Made by a program: the position numbers and the translations under genes
Shown: positions 53,287 through 61,750 of the stretch, one piece after another
How the letters are laid out: every line of letters starts with the position of its first letter
How positions within the stretch are numbered: the first letter of the stretch is position 1
Source of the DNA: Bacillota bacterium
GTDB taxonomy: Bacteria; Bacillota; UBA5301; JAMCQP01
Assembly (NCBI GenBank): GCA_023381695.1
Contig: JAMCQP010000057.1
Span: forward strand, 2,376-66,375
Length of the DNA stretch: 64,000 nucleotides
Direction of reading: 5' to 3'
Notes under the pieces: generated by a model
Database searches by the model: none
Told to the model about the DNA's origin: nothing
What the model saw: only the letters and a program-made list of their open reading frames with translations

Positions 53287-54393
53287 GTGCAAGATCTGGT
53301 AAGATCAAGCGTCAACGTCATTAAAGAGAACCAGAGTCCAAACGGCGCTTATGTAGCCTCCCCCAATTTCGCCAACTATCGTTATAGCTGGCTTCGGGAT
53401 GGGGCTTTTATCGCTTTCGGGATGGCGGCCGCCGGGGAGTACGACAGCGCGGAAAAATTCCTGCGCTGGGCCGGTGCGGCGGTAATCTGCCAGGAACCCC
53501 GGTTTGCCGGACTGCTGGCTAAAAAACGCGAGGGCAAGCCTATCGAACCCCACGAATTCCTGCCAACCCGTTACCGGCTTGACGGCTCCATCGAAGAAGA
53601 CGGTTGGCCAAACCACCAGTTGGACGGCTACGGCGCCTGGATCTGGGCATTGGCCGGCTACATCGAGCTTTCCGGCGACCAGGCGCTGCTGGCCGGCCTC
53701 CTTCCCGCAGTGAACATGTCGGCGGATTATATCGCCGCTTTCTGGAATATCCCCTGCTACGATTGCTGGGAGGAGTTCGGCGACAAAATTCATCTCTCCA
53801 CCCTGGCCTGCCTGTACGGTGGCTTGCAGGCGGCGGCGGATCTCACCGGGCGAAGGGAGCTTTTAGCCACCGCCGGACGGATCCGGCAATTCATCCTCGA
53901 AAACGGCGTGGCGGACAGCCATTTTGTAAAACACCTCGGCTGGCCGGAGGTGGATGCCAGCCTGTTGTGGCTGGCCATCCCCTTCCGGGTCTTTGCGCCC
54001 GATCACCCGCTCCTGCAAGCCACCGTGGCGGAGATCGAACGGACCCTTGCCGCCGGGGGCGTCAAACGTTATGCCAAAGATACCTATTACGGCGGCGGCG
54101 AGTGGATTATCCTGACCGCCTGGCTGGGCTGGTATTACACGGAGATGGGCCGGGACGCCGAAGCACGAAAGCTGCTGAGATGGATCGAGGCACGGGCCGG
54201 CGCCAACGGGTGGCTACCGGAACAGGTTCCGGAAAACCTGAATAATCCGGAGTTTTACCCGGTCTGGCAAAAAAGGTGGGGAGCGATCGCCAACCCGCTT
54301 TTGTGGTCCCACGCCATGTACCTGGTCCTGCAATTCGCGTTGAAAAACAATCTGAGCGACAGGGGGCAAGCTGATGCCGAAGCAGCCAGATAA
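53287..54393 (+). CDS. Glycoside hydrolase family 15, catalytic domain only (glucodextranase or isomaltose glucohydrolase-like), no signal peptide
   Basis: GTG start after AAGGAGG. It has NGAYVASPNFANYRYSWLRDGAF and WPNHQLDGYGAWIWAL, typical of the GH15 (alpha/alpha)6 core. Confidence 0.7.
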   Translation: MQDLVRSSVNVIKENQSPNGAYVASPNFANYRYSWLRDGAFIAFGMAAAGEYDSAEKFLRWAGAAVICQEPRFAGLLAKKREGKPIEPHEFLPTRYRLDGSIEEDGWPNHQLDGYGAWIWALAGYIELSGDQALLAGLLPAVNMSADYIAAFWNIPCYDCWEEFGDKIHLSTLACLYGGLQAAADLTGRRELLATAGRIRQFILENGVADSHFVKHLGWPEVDASLLWLAIPFRVFAPDHPLLQATVAEIERTLAAGGVKRYAKDTYYGGGEWIILTAWLGWYYTEMGRDAEARKLLRWIEARAGANGWLPEQVPENLNNPEFYPVWQKRWGAIANPLLWSHAMYLVLQFALKNNLSDRGQADAEAAR

Positions 54394-56176
54394 GGCCCGA
54401 GGATCCGAGATTGAGGAATTCAAGATTGACCGATCCGGGGTGGATGTCTGTCCCCACAAAGCATACTACCACCCCGGGGAGGAGTTGGAAATCACCGCCG
54501 ATCTTCCGGACACCACCCGGGCCGGTTTTATCGCGGAACTGGCCATCCGTTGTCTGGATGAAACGGTCGCCGTCCTGCGACAACCCATCCCACAAACCGT
54601 TTCATCTTCCGGCCGGCCAGGGCCGTATTCGATCCCGCGCCCACGCCTCGTATTTCGGTGGCAGGCTCCAAAGGCCGATATGGCGGGATTCGGGCTGGAC
54701 CTGCGCTTGCTGGATGAAGATGGGCGGACGGTGATTGAAGGTTCCGGAGCCGTGGACGTGCTCGCGGATTGGACACGTGCTCCGCGCTACGGCTTTCTTT
54801 CGGACTTCTTCCCTGAAGAAGTCGGTGAAGTAAGCGACTCCGAAGCGCGCATCGCCGCCTTGAACCGGTACCACATCAATGTGGTCCAGTTTTACGACTG
54901 GATGTACCGGCACCATCAATTTCTGCCGCCCGAAGAGATTTTCGTCGACCCCCTGGGCAGGCGCCTGTCACTTGCGACGGTTCGCCGGCGAATCAACCAG
55001 GTCCACCACTACGGGATGGACGCTCTGGCATATGGCGCAGTCTACGCCGCCCAGCCTGACTTTTACCGGGAGCATCCGGATTGGGGACTGTACAAAAACA
55101 ATAATGAACCTTTCGATCTCGCAAAGTTCATCAACATCATGGATCCTTCCGGCGGATCACCCTGGCCAGATCACCTTTTTGCGCAGTATGGCGAGGCTTT
55201 AGACCTTGGATTCGACGGGATCCACATGGACCAGTATGGATTCCCCAAGGACGCCTTTGTCAAGAAGGAGGGGAAAAGGCATCTGATCCGCCTGGCGGAA
55301 GTATTTCCGAAATTGATCGACCGGGCGAGATTGCGGCTTCAACCAGAGACCCCATCCGTAAAGCTGATCTTCAACTGCGTGAACAACTGGCCCGTTTCCT
55401 CAGTGGCCGGATCGTCCCAGGACGCCACATACATTGAAGTCTGGCCGCCCAACGATACCTATTACGATCTTAAACAACTCATCAGGAACGCCCGAACGTT
55501 AAACCCGGATAAGCAGGTGATCCTGGCGGCTTACATTGCGCCACTGGCCAACCCCTCCCCGGGAGGTGGAGAGGAAGGTGGGGAGATCGCCGCCCGCCTG
55601 GCGACTGCGGCCATTGCCGCCTCCGGCGGGTTTCACCTGGTGATGGGCGAAGGCGACGGGATGCTCACCGACGCCTACTACCCAAAATACCGGAGGATCC
55701 GGCCGGAATTTGCCATGATCATGCGCGGGTACCACGATTTTATAGTCCGTTACGAAAACCTTCTCTATGACCCGGCTTTGGTGGATCTATCCGAGACGCA
55801 CACCGGCGGGATCAACGAAGAGTACCAGGTTGAAGGATGTCATGCCAGCCCCAAAGCCCTGCCGGATAGCGTCTGGATCACCGCCAAAGAAAAGCCGGGC
55901 TACAAGGTTATCAACCTTGTAAACCTGGCAGGTATTGAAGACGTTTTCTGGAACCGGGCCAAGACCAATCCGCCCCGCCCGGTGAATCATATCGCAGTAA
56001 GTCTCCTGGTTGAAGAGGAGGTGGCGGGGGTTTACCTGGCTTCTCCTGATCGGCGCCATGGGAGGGCGCAGAAAGTGGCGTATGAATTTGTCTCCCACGC
56101 CAGGGGGAACCTTCTCCGATTCGCAATCGACGAGCTGCAGTACTGGGACCTCGTCTTCATCAAGACCATTTCTTGA
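54374..56176 (+). CDS. Glycoside hydrolase family 66 (dextranase or cycloisomaltooligosaccharide-acting enzyme), no signal peptide
   Basis: It has NRYHINVVQFYDWMYRHHQFL and GFDGIHMDQYGFPK, which I recognise as GH66 catalytic-barrel motifs. It overlaps the GH15 stop by 20 nt. Confidence 0.65.
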   Translation: MPKQPDKARGSEIEEFKIDRSGVDVCPHKAYYHPGEELEITADLPDTTRAGFIAELAIRCLDETVAVLRQPIPQTVSSSGRPGPYSIPRPRLVFRWQAPKADMAGFGLDLRLLDEDGRTVIEGSGAVDVLADWTRAPRYGFLSDFFPEEVGEVSDSEARIAALNRYHINVVQFYDWMYRHHQFLPPEEIFVDPLGRRLSLATVRRRINQVHHYGMDALAYGAVYAAQPDFYREHPDWGLYKNNNEPFDLAKFINIMDPSGGSPWPDHLFAQYGEALDLGFDGIHMDQYGFPKDAFVKKEGKRHLIRLAEVFPKLIDRARLRLQPETPSVKLIFNCVNNWPVSSVAGSSQDATYIEVWPPNDTYYDLKQLIRNARTLNPDKQVILAAYIAPLANPSPGGGEEGGEIAARLATAAIAASGGFHLVMGEGDGMLTDAYYPKYRRIRPEFAMIMRGYHDFIVRYENLLYDPALVDLSETHTGGINEEYQVEGCHASPKALPDSVWITAKEKPGYKVINLVNLAGIEDVFWNRAKTNPPRPVNHIAVSLLVEEEVAGVYLASPDRRHGRAQKVAYEFVSHARGNLLRFAIDELQYWDLVFIKTIS

Positions 56177-56220
56177 TCAGGACCTGGTCGTGATCAAAAC
56201 CAACCACTGATCGAAGCGCG

Positions 56221-57087
56221 TCAGTAGTTGAGCACCACCACCTCATTTATCAGGCCGCGCCGGGAAGCGTCCGAATTTATCGCCCTGGCCGCCCGGACCG
56301 TTTCGATGCGGAAGTCCCGGTATAGATCCCGGATAAACTCGCAATCGCTGTTGCTCACCATCACCAGGCATCCCCTGGCCGCCAGGAGCTCGACTGCCCT
56401 TTTGAGCCTTTCCTGATCGTAAGACGAGAACGCATCCGGGGTGTAGCTCGTAAACTTGCTGGTCCGCGAGATGGGGTGATACGGCGGGTCGAAATAAACG
56501 AAATCCCCTTCCTGGGCCAGCGAGACGACCTGCTCGAAGTCGCCCGTTTCCAGGGCGACACCCTGCAGGTGCCCGGCAACGGACTTGAGGTTTTCCGGGT
56601 CGAAGATCTGGGGGTTTGGATAGGCGCCGATCGGGACATTAAACCGACCGCGGGAGTTGACCCGGTACAATCCGTTATAGCAGGTCTTATTCAGATAGAT
56701 GAAGCGGGCCGCCCGCCCGACGGGATCCAGCAGCCCGGGATCTTGCTGCCGCACCTGGTAATAGTGAGCCCTGGAATGCAAAGCGCGATGCGCTCCGAGG
56801 CGCTCGATCAGCGCGTCAGTCTCATCCCGCACAGTCCGGTAGCAGTGAATCAACTCTTCATTGTTGTCGATCAGGGTATAATGAGCCGCGCCCAGATTTG
56901 CCCGCACATGAAAAAAGACCGCTCCTCCACCCGCGAAGGGCTCCAGATAACCGCGGGGCAGCTTTTGCGGGAAAAAGGCGGCCAGCTGGGGAATAAGCCG
57001 GCTCTTCCCCCCCGCCCATTTCAAAAATGGGGCCGGCCTGCGCTCCAAAAAGCTGGATTCTGGCATAGGTTCCAGGCTGAGCATCAA
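56221..57087 (-). CDS. dam: Dam-type (D12 class) N6-adenine DNA methyltransferase
   Basis: It has PFLKWAGGKSRLIPQL, EPFAGGGAVFF and FVYFDPPYHP. I recognise no restriction endonuclease next to it. Confidence 0.85.
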   Translation of the reverse strand: MMLSLEPMPESSFLERRPAPFLKWAGGKSRLIPQLAAFFPQKLPRGYLEPFAGGGAVFFHVRANLGAAHYTLIDNNEELIHCYRTVRDETDALIERLGAHRALHSRAHYYQVRQQDPGLLDPVGRAARFIYLNKTCYNGLYRVNSRGRFNVPIGAYPNPQIFDPENLKSVAGHLQGVALETGDFEQVVSLAQEGDFVYFDPPYHPISRTSKFTSYTPDAFSSYDQERLKRAVELLAARGCLVMVSNSDCEFIRDLYRDFRIETVRAARAINSDASRRGLINEVVVLNY

Positions 57088-57172
57088 GCTTCTCCTCTGA
57101 ACTATTCATCATAGGCTGGCCCATAACCCGGCCAACCTCAACCAACCTGGCTGATCTTAACTTAGCCCGGCC

Positions 57173-57838
57173 TTAACCTGCCTGGCTGACCCTTAACTGG
57201 CGGTTGAGGGCGGCCAGGATTGCTTTGGCGACCGCCAGCGACTTGTCTCCGGCCACCTCCGCCGCCCCGATGGAAGCCTGCACCCCTTCCTCCGGGTCGG
57301 AGAGCTGGACCTTGGCCACCACCACATCGCTATCGTCTTCCACCTTGAACTCCTTGATGTAACGCAGTTCAACCCCTACCGGGCTGATCTTTTCCAGCGC
57401 CTCCTTGCAGGCGAAGAAGATCCCCAGCAAGGGCGAGTCCTTCTTTTCCATCTTGTAAGCGCCCTGATAATTCACTCCGTCCTTTTCGAGCTCAACCTCC
57501 GCAATGGGGGGATTGGTGCGTTTCAAGTAGGCCGCGACGATCTTCACCCGGTTGGAAGGATTTCCGGAACGAAACGGTTCCTTCTCCTCCGGCACCTCAT
57601 CGATAATCTTGATCTTCCGGTAGTCAAGGTTCATGTCCAGCTTGCCGGCCAGAACCCCCCGGATCGACCGCACCAGCCCCTTGATGGCTTTCAACCGGGC
57701 ATTTGGCTCATTCGCCGAGGGAAGGCCCTGGACGAAGGCGTAGATCTGGGCCACCCGGGTGTTGTCCATCTCCACCCGGCAGGAGACCACCTCCGGCAGG
57801 AGTAGAATAGTCTGTTCAATGCGTGTCTTGAGATCCAC
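57173..57838 (-). CDS. Hypothetical protein (221 aa), unknown family
   Basis: GTG start after AAGGGGG. Sequence is MDLKTRIEQTILLLPEVVSCRVEMDNTRVAQIYAFV... The C-terminal segment GAAEVAGDKSLAVAKAILAALNRQL faintly resembles the final helix of a dsRBD. Confidence 0.5.
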   Translation of the reverse strand: MDLKTRIEQTILLLPEVVSCRVEMDNTRVAQIYAFVQGLPSANEPNARLKAIKGLVRSIRGVLAGKLDMNLDYRKIKIIDEVPEEKEPFRSGNPSNRVKIVAAYLKRTNPPIAEVELEKDGVNYQGAYKMEKKDSPLLGIFFACKEALEKISPVGVELRYIKEFKVEDDSDVVVAKVQLSDPEEGVQASIGAAEVAGDKSLAVAKAILAALNRQLRVSQAG

Positions 57839-58051
57839 CTTGCCAACCCCCTTGTTCCATCAAACAGCTGGTAATCGAGTATTATTTTACCATACTCCTT
57901 TGGGCTTTGCATCCCAAAATAATGTCGAATTTTGCCGAGGGTCCGACGGGGAAGATCATCCGAGCATGGAAGAGTCAGAAGACCTCCGCGGGACTCAAAC
58001 GTTGCGCTTGAGTCCTGCGCCAAGCAGGGCTCTTTTGTGCGGAGTTTGGTC

Positions 58052-59290
58052 TCAAGCGGGAATTTCCCGGCCGGATAGCGGCCTGGTGCGCACAAGCGCC
58101 GCCGCCAGGATATTGACCACCGCAATCGCCGCCGCCCCCAGAAAAACGGACTGGTAGCCGTAGCGGGCCCAGGCCAGCCCGCCCAGAAGAGGGACGGTCA
58201 TGGAGACGGCATGATCGATGCTTATTCCGAGTGAGAGGGTGGGGGTAAGGTCCGCCGGTGATTCGGCGATCTTGTTCAGGTAGGTGGTCCTGGCCATCCC
58301 CACCGCAAAGAGCAACTGATCCAGCACAAAGCAGGCGTAGACCAGCCAGATGCCCCAGGACCCACGCCCCCACTGCGGGCCGTAGCCATACCCCAGGCAG
58401 ATGAAGACCAGCGTCACGGCTTCTCCAACCAGAATGACCCGTTCCCCGAGCCGGTCGATGAGCCTGCCCAGAATGGGGCGGAACCCGATGCCCAGAACCG
58501 CGGAGACAATCCACAGCTTGGCGATGGTGGTGGCCGGCTGGCCGAAGACCTTGATCAGCATCCAGGGAGCAAAGGTCAGGAAGACCTGCTTTCTGGCCCC
58601 AAAGAGCACATTCAGAACATAGAAGAGGCGGTACCTCTTTTTAAAGACGAACTTCACCCGCCGGCGTTCGGGCGCCCCACCGCCATGCAGGTTGATCCTG
58701 GCGAGCAGGAAGGTGGCCATGATTGCAGATACGGCCGCCAGGAGAAAGACGGTTCGGTATCCGAAGCCCAGATACCCGAGCCCCAGCCAGACCAGCGCGC
58801 TTCCGGCCACCGTGGCCGCAATGTTCACCGCTCCCAGTTGCCCCAGCCTCCGCCCCACCTGGTCCTGTTCCGCCACGGCCACCCCCAGTGTCTGGCTGAT
58901 GGGCATATAGAGGTGGCTGCCGGTGCTCTGGACGATCATCCACGGCAAAAGCCAGTTAAAGGTGGGGGCGAAAAACGCCAGGCCCACCAGCCCCAGGCTC
59001 AAAAGCAGGACCGCCAGGGACGCCAGGTGCGCCTCGGCCAGAAAGAAGAGCATCCCGGAGAAGACCGCTACCAAAAACCCCGGCAATTCCCGGGGAAACT
59101 CCAGCCAACCGCGGGTTCCGGCGGAGATCCGGTAGGTGTCGTTCAGGAAGTTGTTGAAGGTGGTGTCGAACATCCCGGAGGTGATCCCCAGAAACATGCC
59201 GGCCAGGAGAAACAGCCACAAGTTCTGTCTTCCCCTGACCCTCTCCACTCTTTCGCCCAGGTTGCGCAACGGCGCCAGGACCTGCATCAT
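58052..59290 (-). CDS. MFS transporter
   Basis: 412 aa with a sequence pattern of about 12 TM segments. Confidence 0.8.
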   Translation of the reverse strand: MMQVLAPLRNLGERVERVRGRQNLWLFLLAGMFLGITSGMFDTTFNNFLNDTYRISAGTRGWLEFPRELPGFLVAVFSGMLFFLAEAHLASLAVLLLSLGLVGLAFFAPTFNWLLPWMIVQSTGSHLYMPISQTLGVAVAEQDQVGRRLGQLGAVNIAATVAGSALVWLGLGYLGFGYRTVFLLAAVSAIMATFLLARINLHGGGAPERRRVKFVFKKRYRLFYVLNVLFGARKQVFLTFAPWMLIKVFGQPATTIAKLWIVSAVLGIGFRPILGRLIDRLGERVILVGEAVTLVFICLGYGYGPQWGRGSWGIWLVYACFVLDQLLFAVGMARTTYLNKIAESPADLTPTLSLGISIDHAVSMTVPLLGGLAWARYGYQSVFLGAAAIAVVNILAAALVRTRPLSGREIPA

Positions 59291-59348
59291 TGCTCACTCT
59301 TTCCGACTGCCAGATGATTCCAGTTTACCATGCGGCGGCAAGCCCGTC

Positions 59349-61279
59349 AAGATGCCGATGCGGGCAGGCTGTGGCAAGATTTAGCAGGCAAAACCCAAGA
59401 AAAATTTTTGTCAAGTTTTCAAGCTACTGGGAAACTGTTTTTCAAGCTACAGGGAAACTGCAGCGAAAACCATTGTGACTACATACTCTCCCTGGTGGGG
59501 GTGGATATGGAGTAATAACGCGGCGGCGGTTTCAGTTGGAGGGTCTCAAATAGCTTTTTCTGCTCCGCATCTGCCGGATTGGTTTGCCAGACCTCGCCAG
59601 AATGGGTTCTGTGGCCTCCAACATGCAAGGTCGAAAGGGCCTTTTTCATCTCATGCCAGGTCTGTTCCGTTTCATTTTCGGCAACCCGGATGAGCAGCAT
59701 GCCCAACCAGCACAACAGAACATGGGCCCGAATCCGATCCGCCAGCCGGTGATAAACCGGACGAATGTCCACCAGGTGTTTGAGGTCCTTAAAGACCCGC
59801 TCGATGACCGCCAACTGCTTGTAACCCAGTACCACATCCCTGGCGGAGAGTTGGTCATCCGAGGTGCTCACCAGATACTTCCCAGCCAGATGCTCTTCGG
59901 AGCGGATTTTGGCGTGATTCAAAACCAGCTTGCCGGTCCTGGTTTGCCTCAGATACCGGCCATATACCTGGTGGCTGCGCAGAGCACAGGCCGCCTTCTG
60001 ATGAGGCTCTCCCTCCAATTGCCGGAGTTCCTCCAACCGGCGTTCCACCTCTTTCACGATCTCCTGGCGCTTCTGGCTGTCCCTTTTGGCCTCCTCGGGA
60101 TTGCGCACAATGACGAAGCGCCGCCGGGCCTCGCTGTCTCCACCGATGATCACTTCCTTGATCTCCAACCCGTTGTCCAGCTTTTGGTACTTGCCTTTGC
60201 GGCTGAAAGCCTCGTGGGGCTTGCCTTGGGAACCAAGACGCATCTTTTCCCCGCTGATGTAGTGACCGCCCGCCTGTTGCAGGATGCGACGGTTTTCCTC
60301 GGAATTGAAGCCAGTGTCCTCCACCATCAGCACGCGCCCTAATTTCCAGCCATTCAGGTCTTTCTTGACCTGCTCCACAATATTTTCATCCGCCGTATTG
60401 CCGGGCCAAACCCAACAGCGGACCGGGAGGCCATCACGGGTCACGGCAAAGGCGATCACTACTTGAGCCAGTTCCGGGTGGTTGTCTTTCCCATAACCCC
60501 ACTTTCGCAGCGCTTTCTGGCCCTCGTGATCTTCATCTTCACCCTCGATCTCAAAGTAGGTGGTGGTCGTATCCAAAAAGAGCAAGTCCACTTCCAGGTT
60601 CAAGAGGCTGGCCACCGAGAAGAAGACGCGTTCCTGGATCTCATCCGCGGCCTCAATCAAAAAGTCCATGGCCCGGTAAAGCTGATGCACATCCACATCG
60701 GGCAGTTCATCAATGAGGGCCTCCCTGGCCACCCAATGCTCCAGATGCAACTTGCTGGCTGGCGCCAAGGCCCGGTTAGCCACCATCGCCAAGAGCATGC
60801 GCTCTATCGGGGTACGGAAGTCCCGCTCGGATAGAAGCTGCTGAAGCGTCTTTTCAATCCCCAGGCGTTTCCACATCCCGTCAAGGAGCCAGCTACCGCC
60901 TATTTGCCTGGAACCCAGGAATTCGAAAGGCGACTCTGCGCCGAGTTGCTCCCGGATAGTCACGGCCTCTTGGGGCCCGAGGAAGCGAGAGACACTCTTC
61001 ACCAGCCGGCGCAAGGCATCCAAATCGAGTTGATCGATGCGTCCAAAGTTGTAAAGGACGACCGCCTTGGGCACGCCGGTTTTCGGGTCTCGCTGGTTAT
61101 GGGCAAGCTGAACATATTCAGCTATGCCGTTTTTGGTTTTAGTTTTAGTGGTACGTATATACATTGTAACCACATTATACCATAATCATGCCGAATGTGC
61201 AAGAACGAATATGTCATTTATTGTGCCTACAGATTTTCTCGTTTTTCCTACCCTCTGAGACCTGAAACCCGCATCTTAC
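59349..61279 (-). mobile_element. IS1634-family-like insertion sequence (boundaries approximate)
   Basis: It holds a single transposase ORF. Imperfect terminal inverted similarity: left 59349-59410 (aagatgc..gatgcgggcagg..aggcaaaac..agaaaaat) against the reverse complement of 61225-61279 (aagatgcgggtttcagg..aggaaaaac..agaaaatc). Confidence 0.5.
59479..61173 (-). CDS. IS1634-family (IS4 superfamily) DDE transposase
   Basis: 564 aa. The N-terminus MYIRTTKTKTKNGIAEYVQLAHNQRDPKTGVPKAVVLYNFGR is typical of IS1634-type transposases. Confidence 0.8.
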   Translation of the reverse strand: MVTMYIRTTKTKTKNGIAEYVQLAHNQRDPKTGVPKAVVLYNFGRIDQLDLDALRRLVKSVSRFLGPQEAVTIREQLGAESPFEFLGSRQIGGSWLLDGMWKRLGIEKTLQQLLSERDFRTPIERMLLAMVANRALAPASKLHLEHWVAREALIDELPDVDVHQLYRAMDFLIEAADEIQERVFFSVASLLNLEVDLLFLDTTTTYFEIEGEDEDHEGQKALRKWGYGKDNHPELAQVVIAFAVTRDGLPVRCWVWPGNTADENIVEQVKKDLNGWKLGRVLMVEDTGFNSEENRRILQQAGGHYISGEKMRLGSQGKPHEAFSRKGKYQKLDNGLEIKEVIIGGDSEARRRFVIVRNPEEAKRDSQKRQEIVKEVERRLEELRQLEGEPHQKAACALRSHQVYGRYLRQTRTGKLVLNHAKIRSEEHLAGKYLVSTSDDQLSARDVVLGYKQLAVIERVFKDLKHLVDIRPVYHRLADRIRAHVLLCWLGMLLIRVAENETEQTWHEMKKALSTLHVGGHRTHSGEVWQTNPADAEQKKLFETLQLKPPPRYYSISTPTRESM

Positions 61280-61750
61280 GGGAGGGCGTTACCCCAGATG
61301 TGCCTTGTAACTGTACAACGCCAGCCGGAACTCTAGCGGAGCCAGGGATGGCGACCAGCTGGAGTCTTTTGTTCCGGGGGCCGGACGGAAACGGCCTGGA
61401 GATGGCAGGCTAGGCCAGGGCCTACCGAACCATCCCCCCAAGAGCACCCCTCCCTCCATGTTTAATAGGGTACCTTTGCCGGGTGGGGGGTTGCCGAGGG
61501 TGGGTGGCTTGGAGGGAGGGGGCGGCGGGGGGAGGGTGAGGGCAGCCTGCCTTCCGCTTTCCTCTCCCGCAGTAAAGGCCAGGCGGCCTGGCCTTGCCGG
61601 GAGTGATCCGCTTCCCTTCTCTCCCACGGCAAGGGCGACCGCCGCGCTGAGGCAGAATAGCCCAAGTGATTGAGACGCCTGTAACCGCAGGAGTGTTGTT
61701 AATATAGTCAAGGTATTCCCGTATGACATCGTGACCATAATATTGGACGT

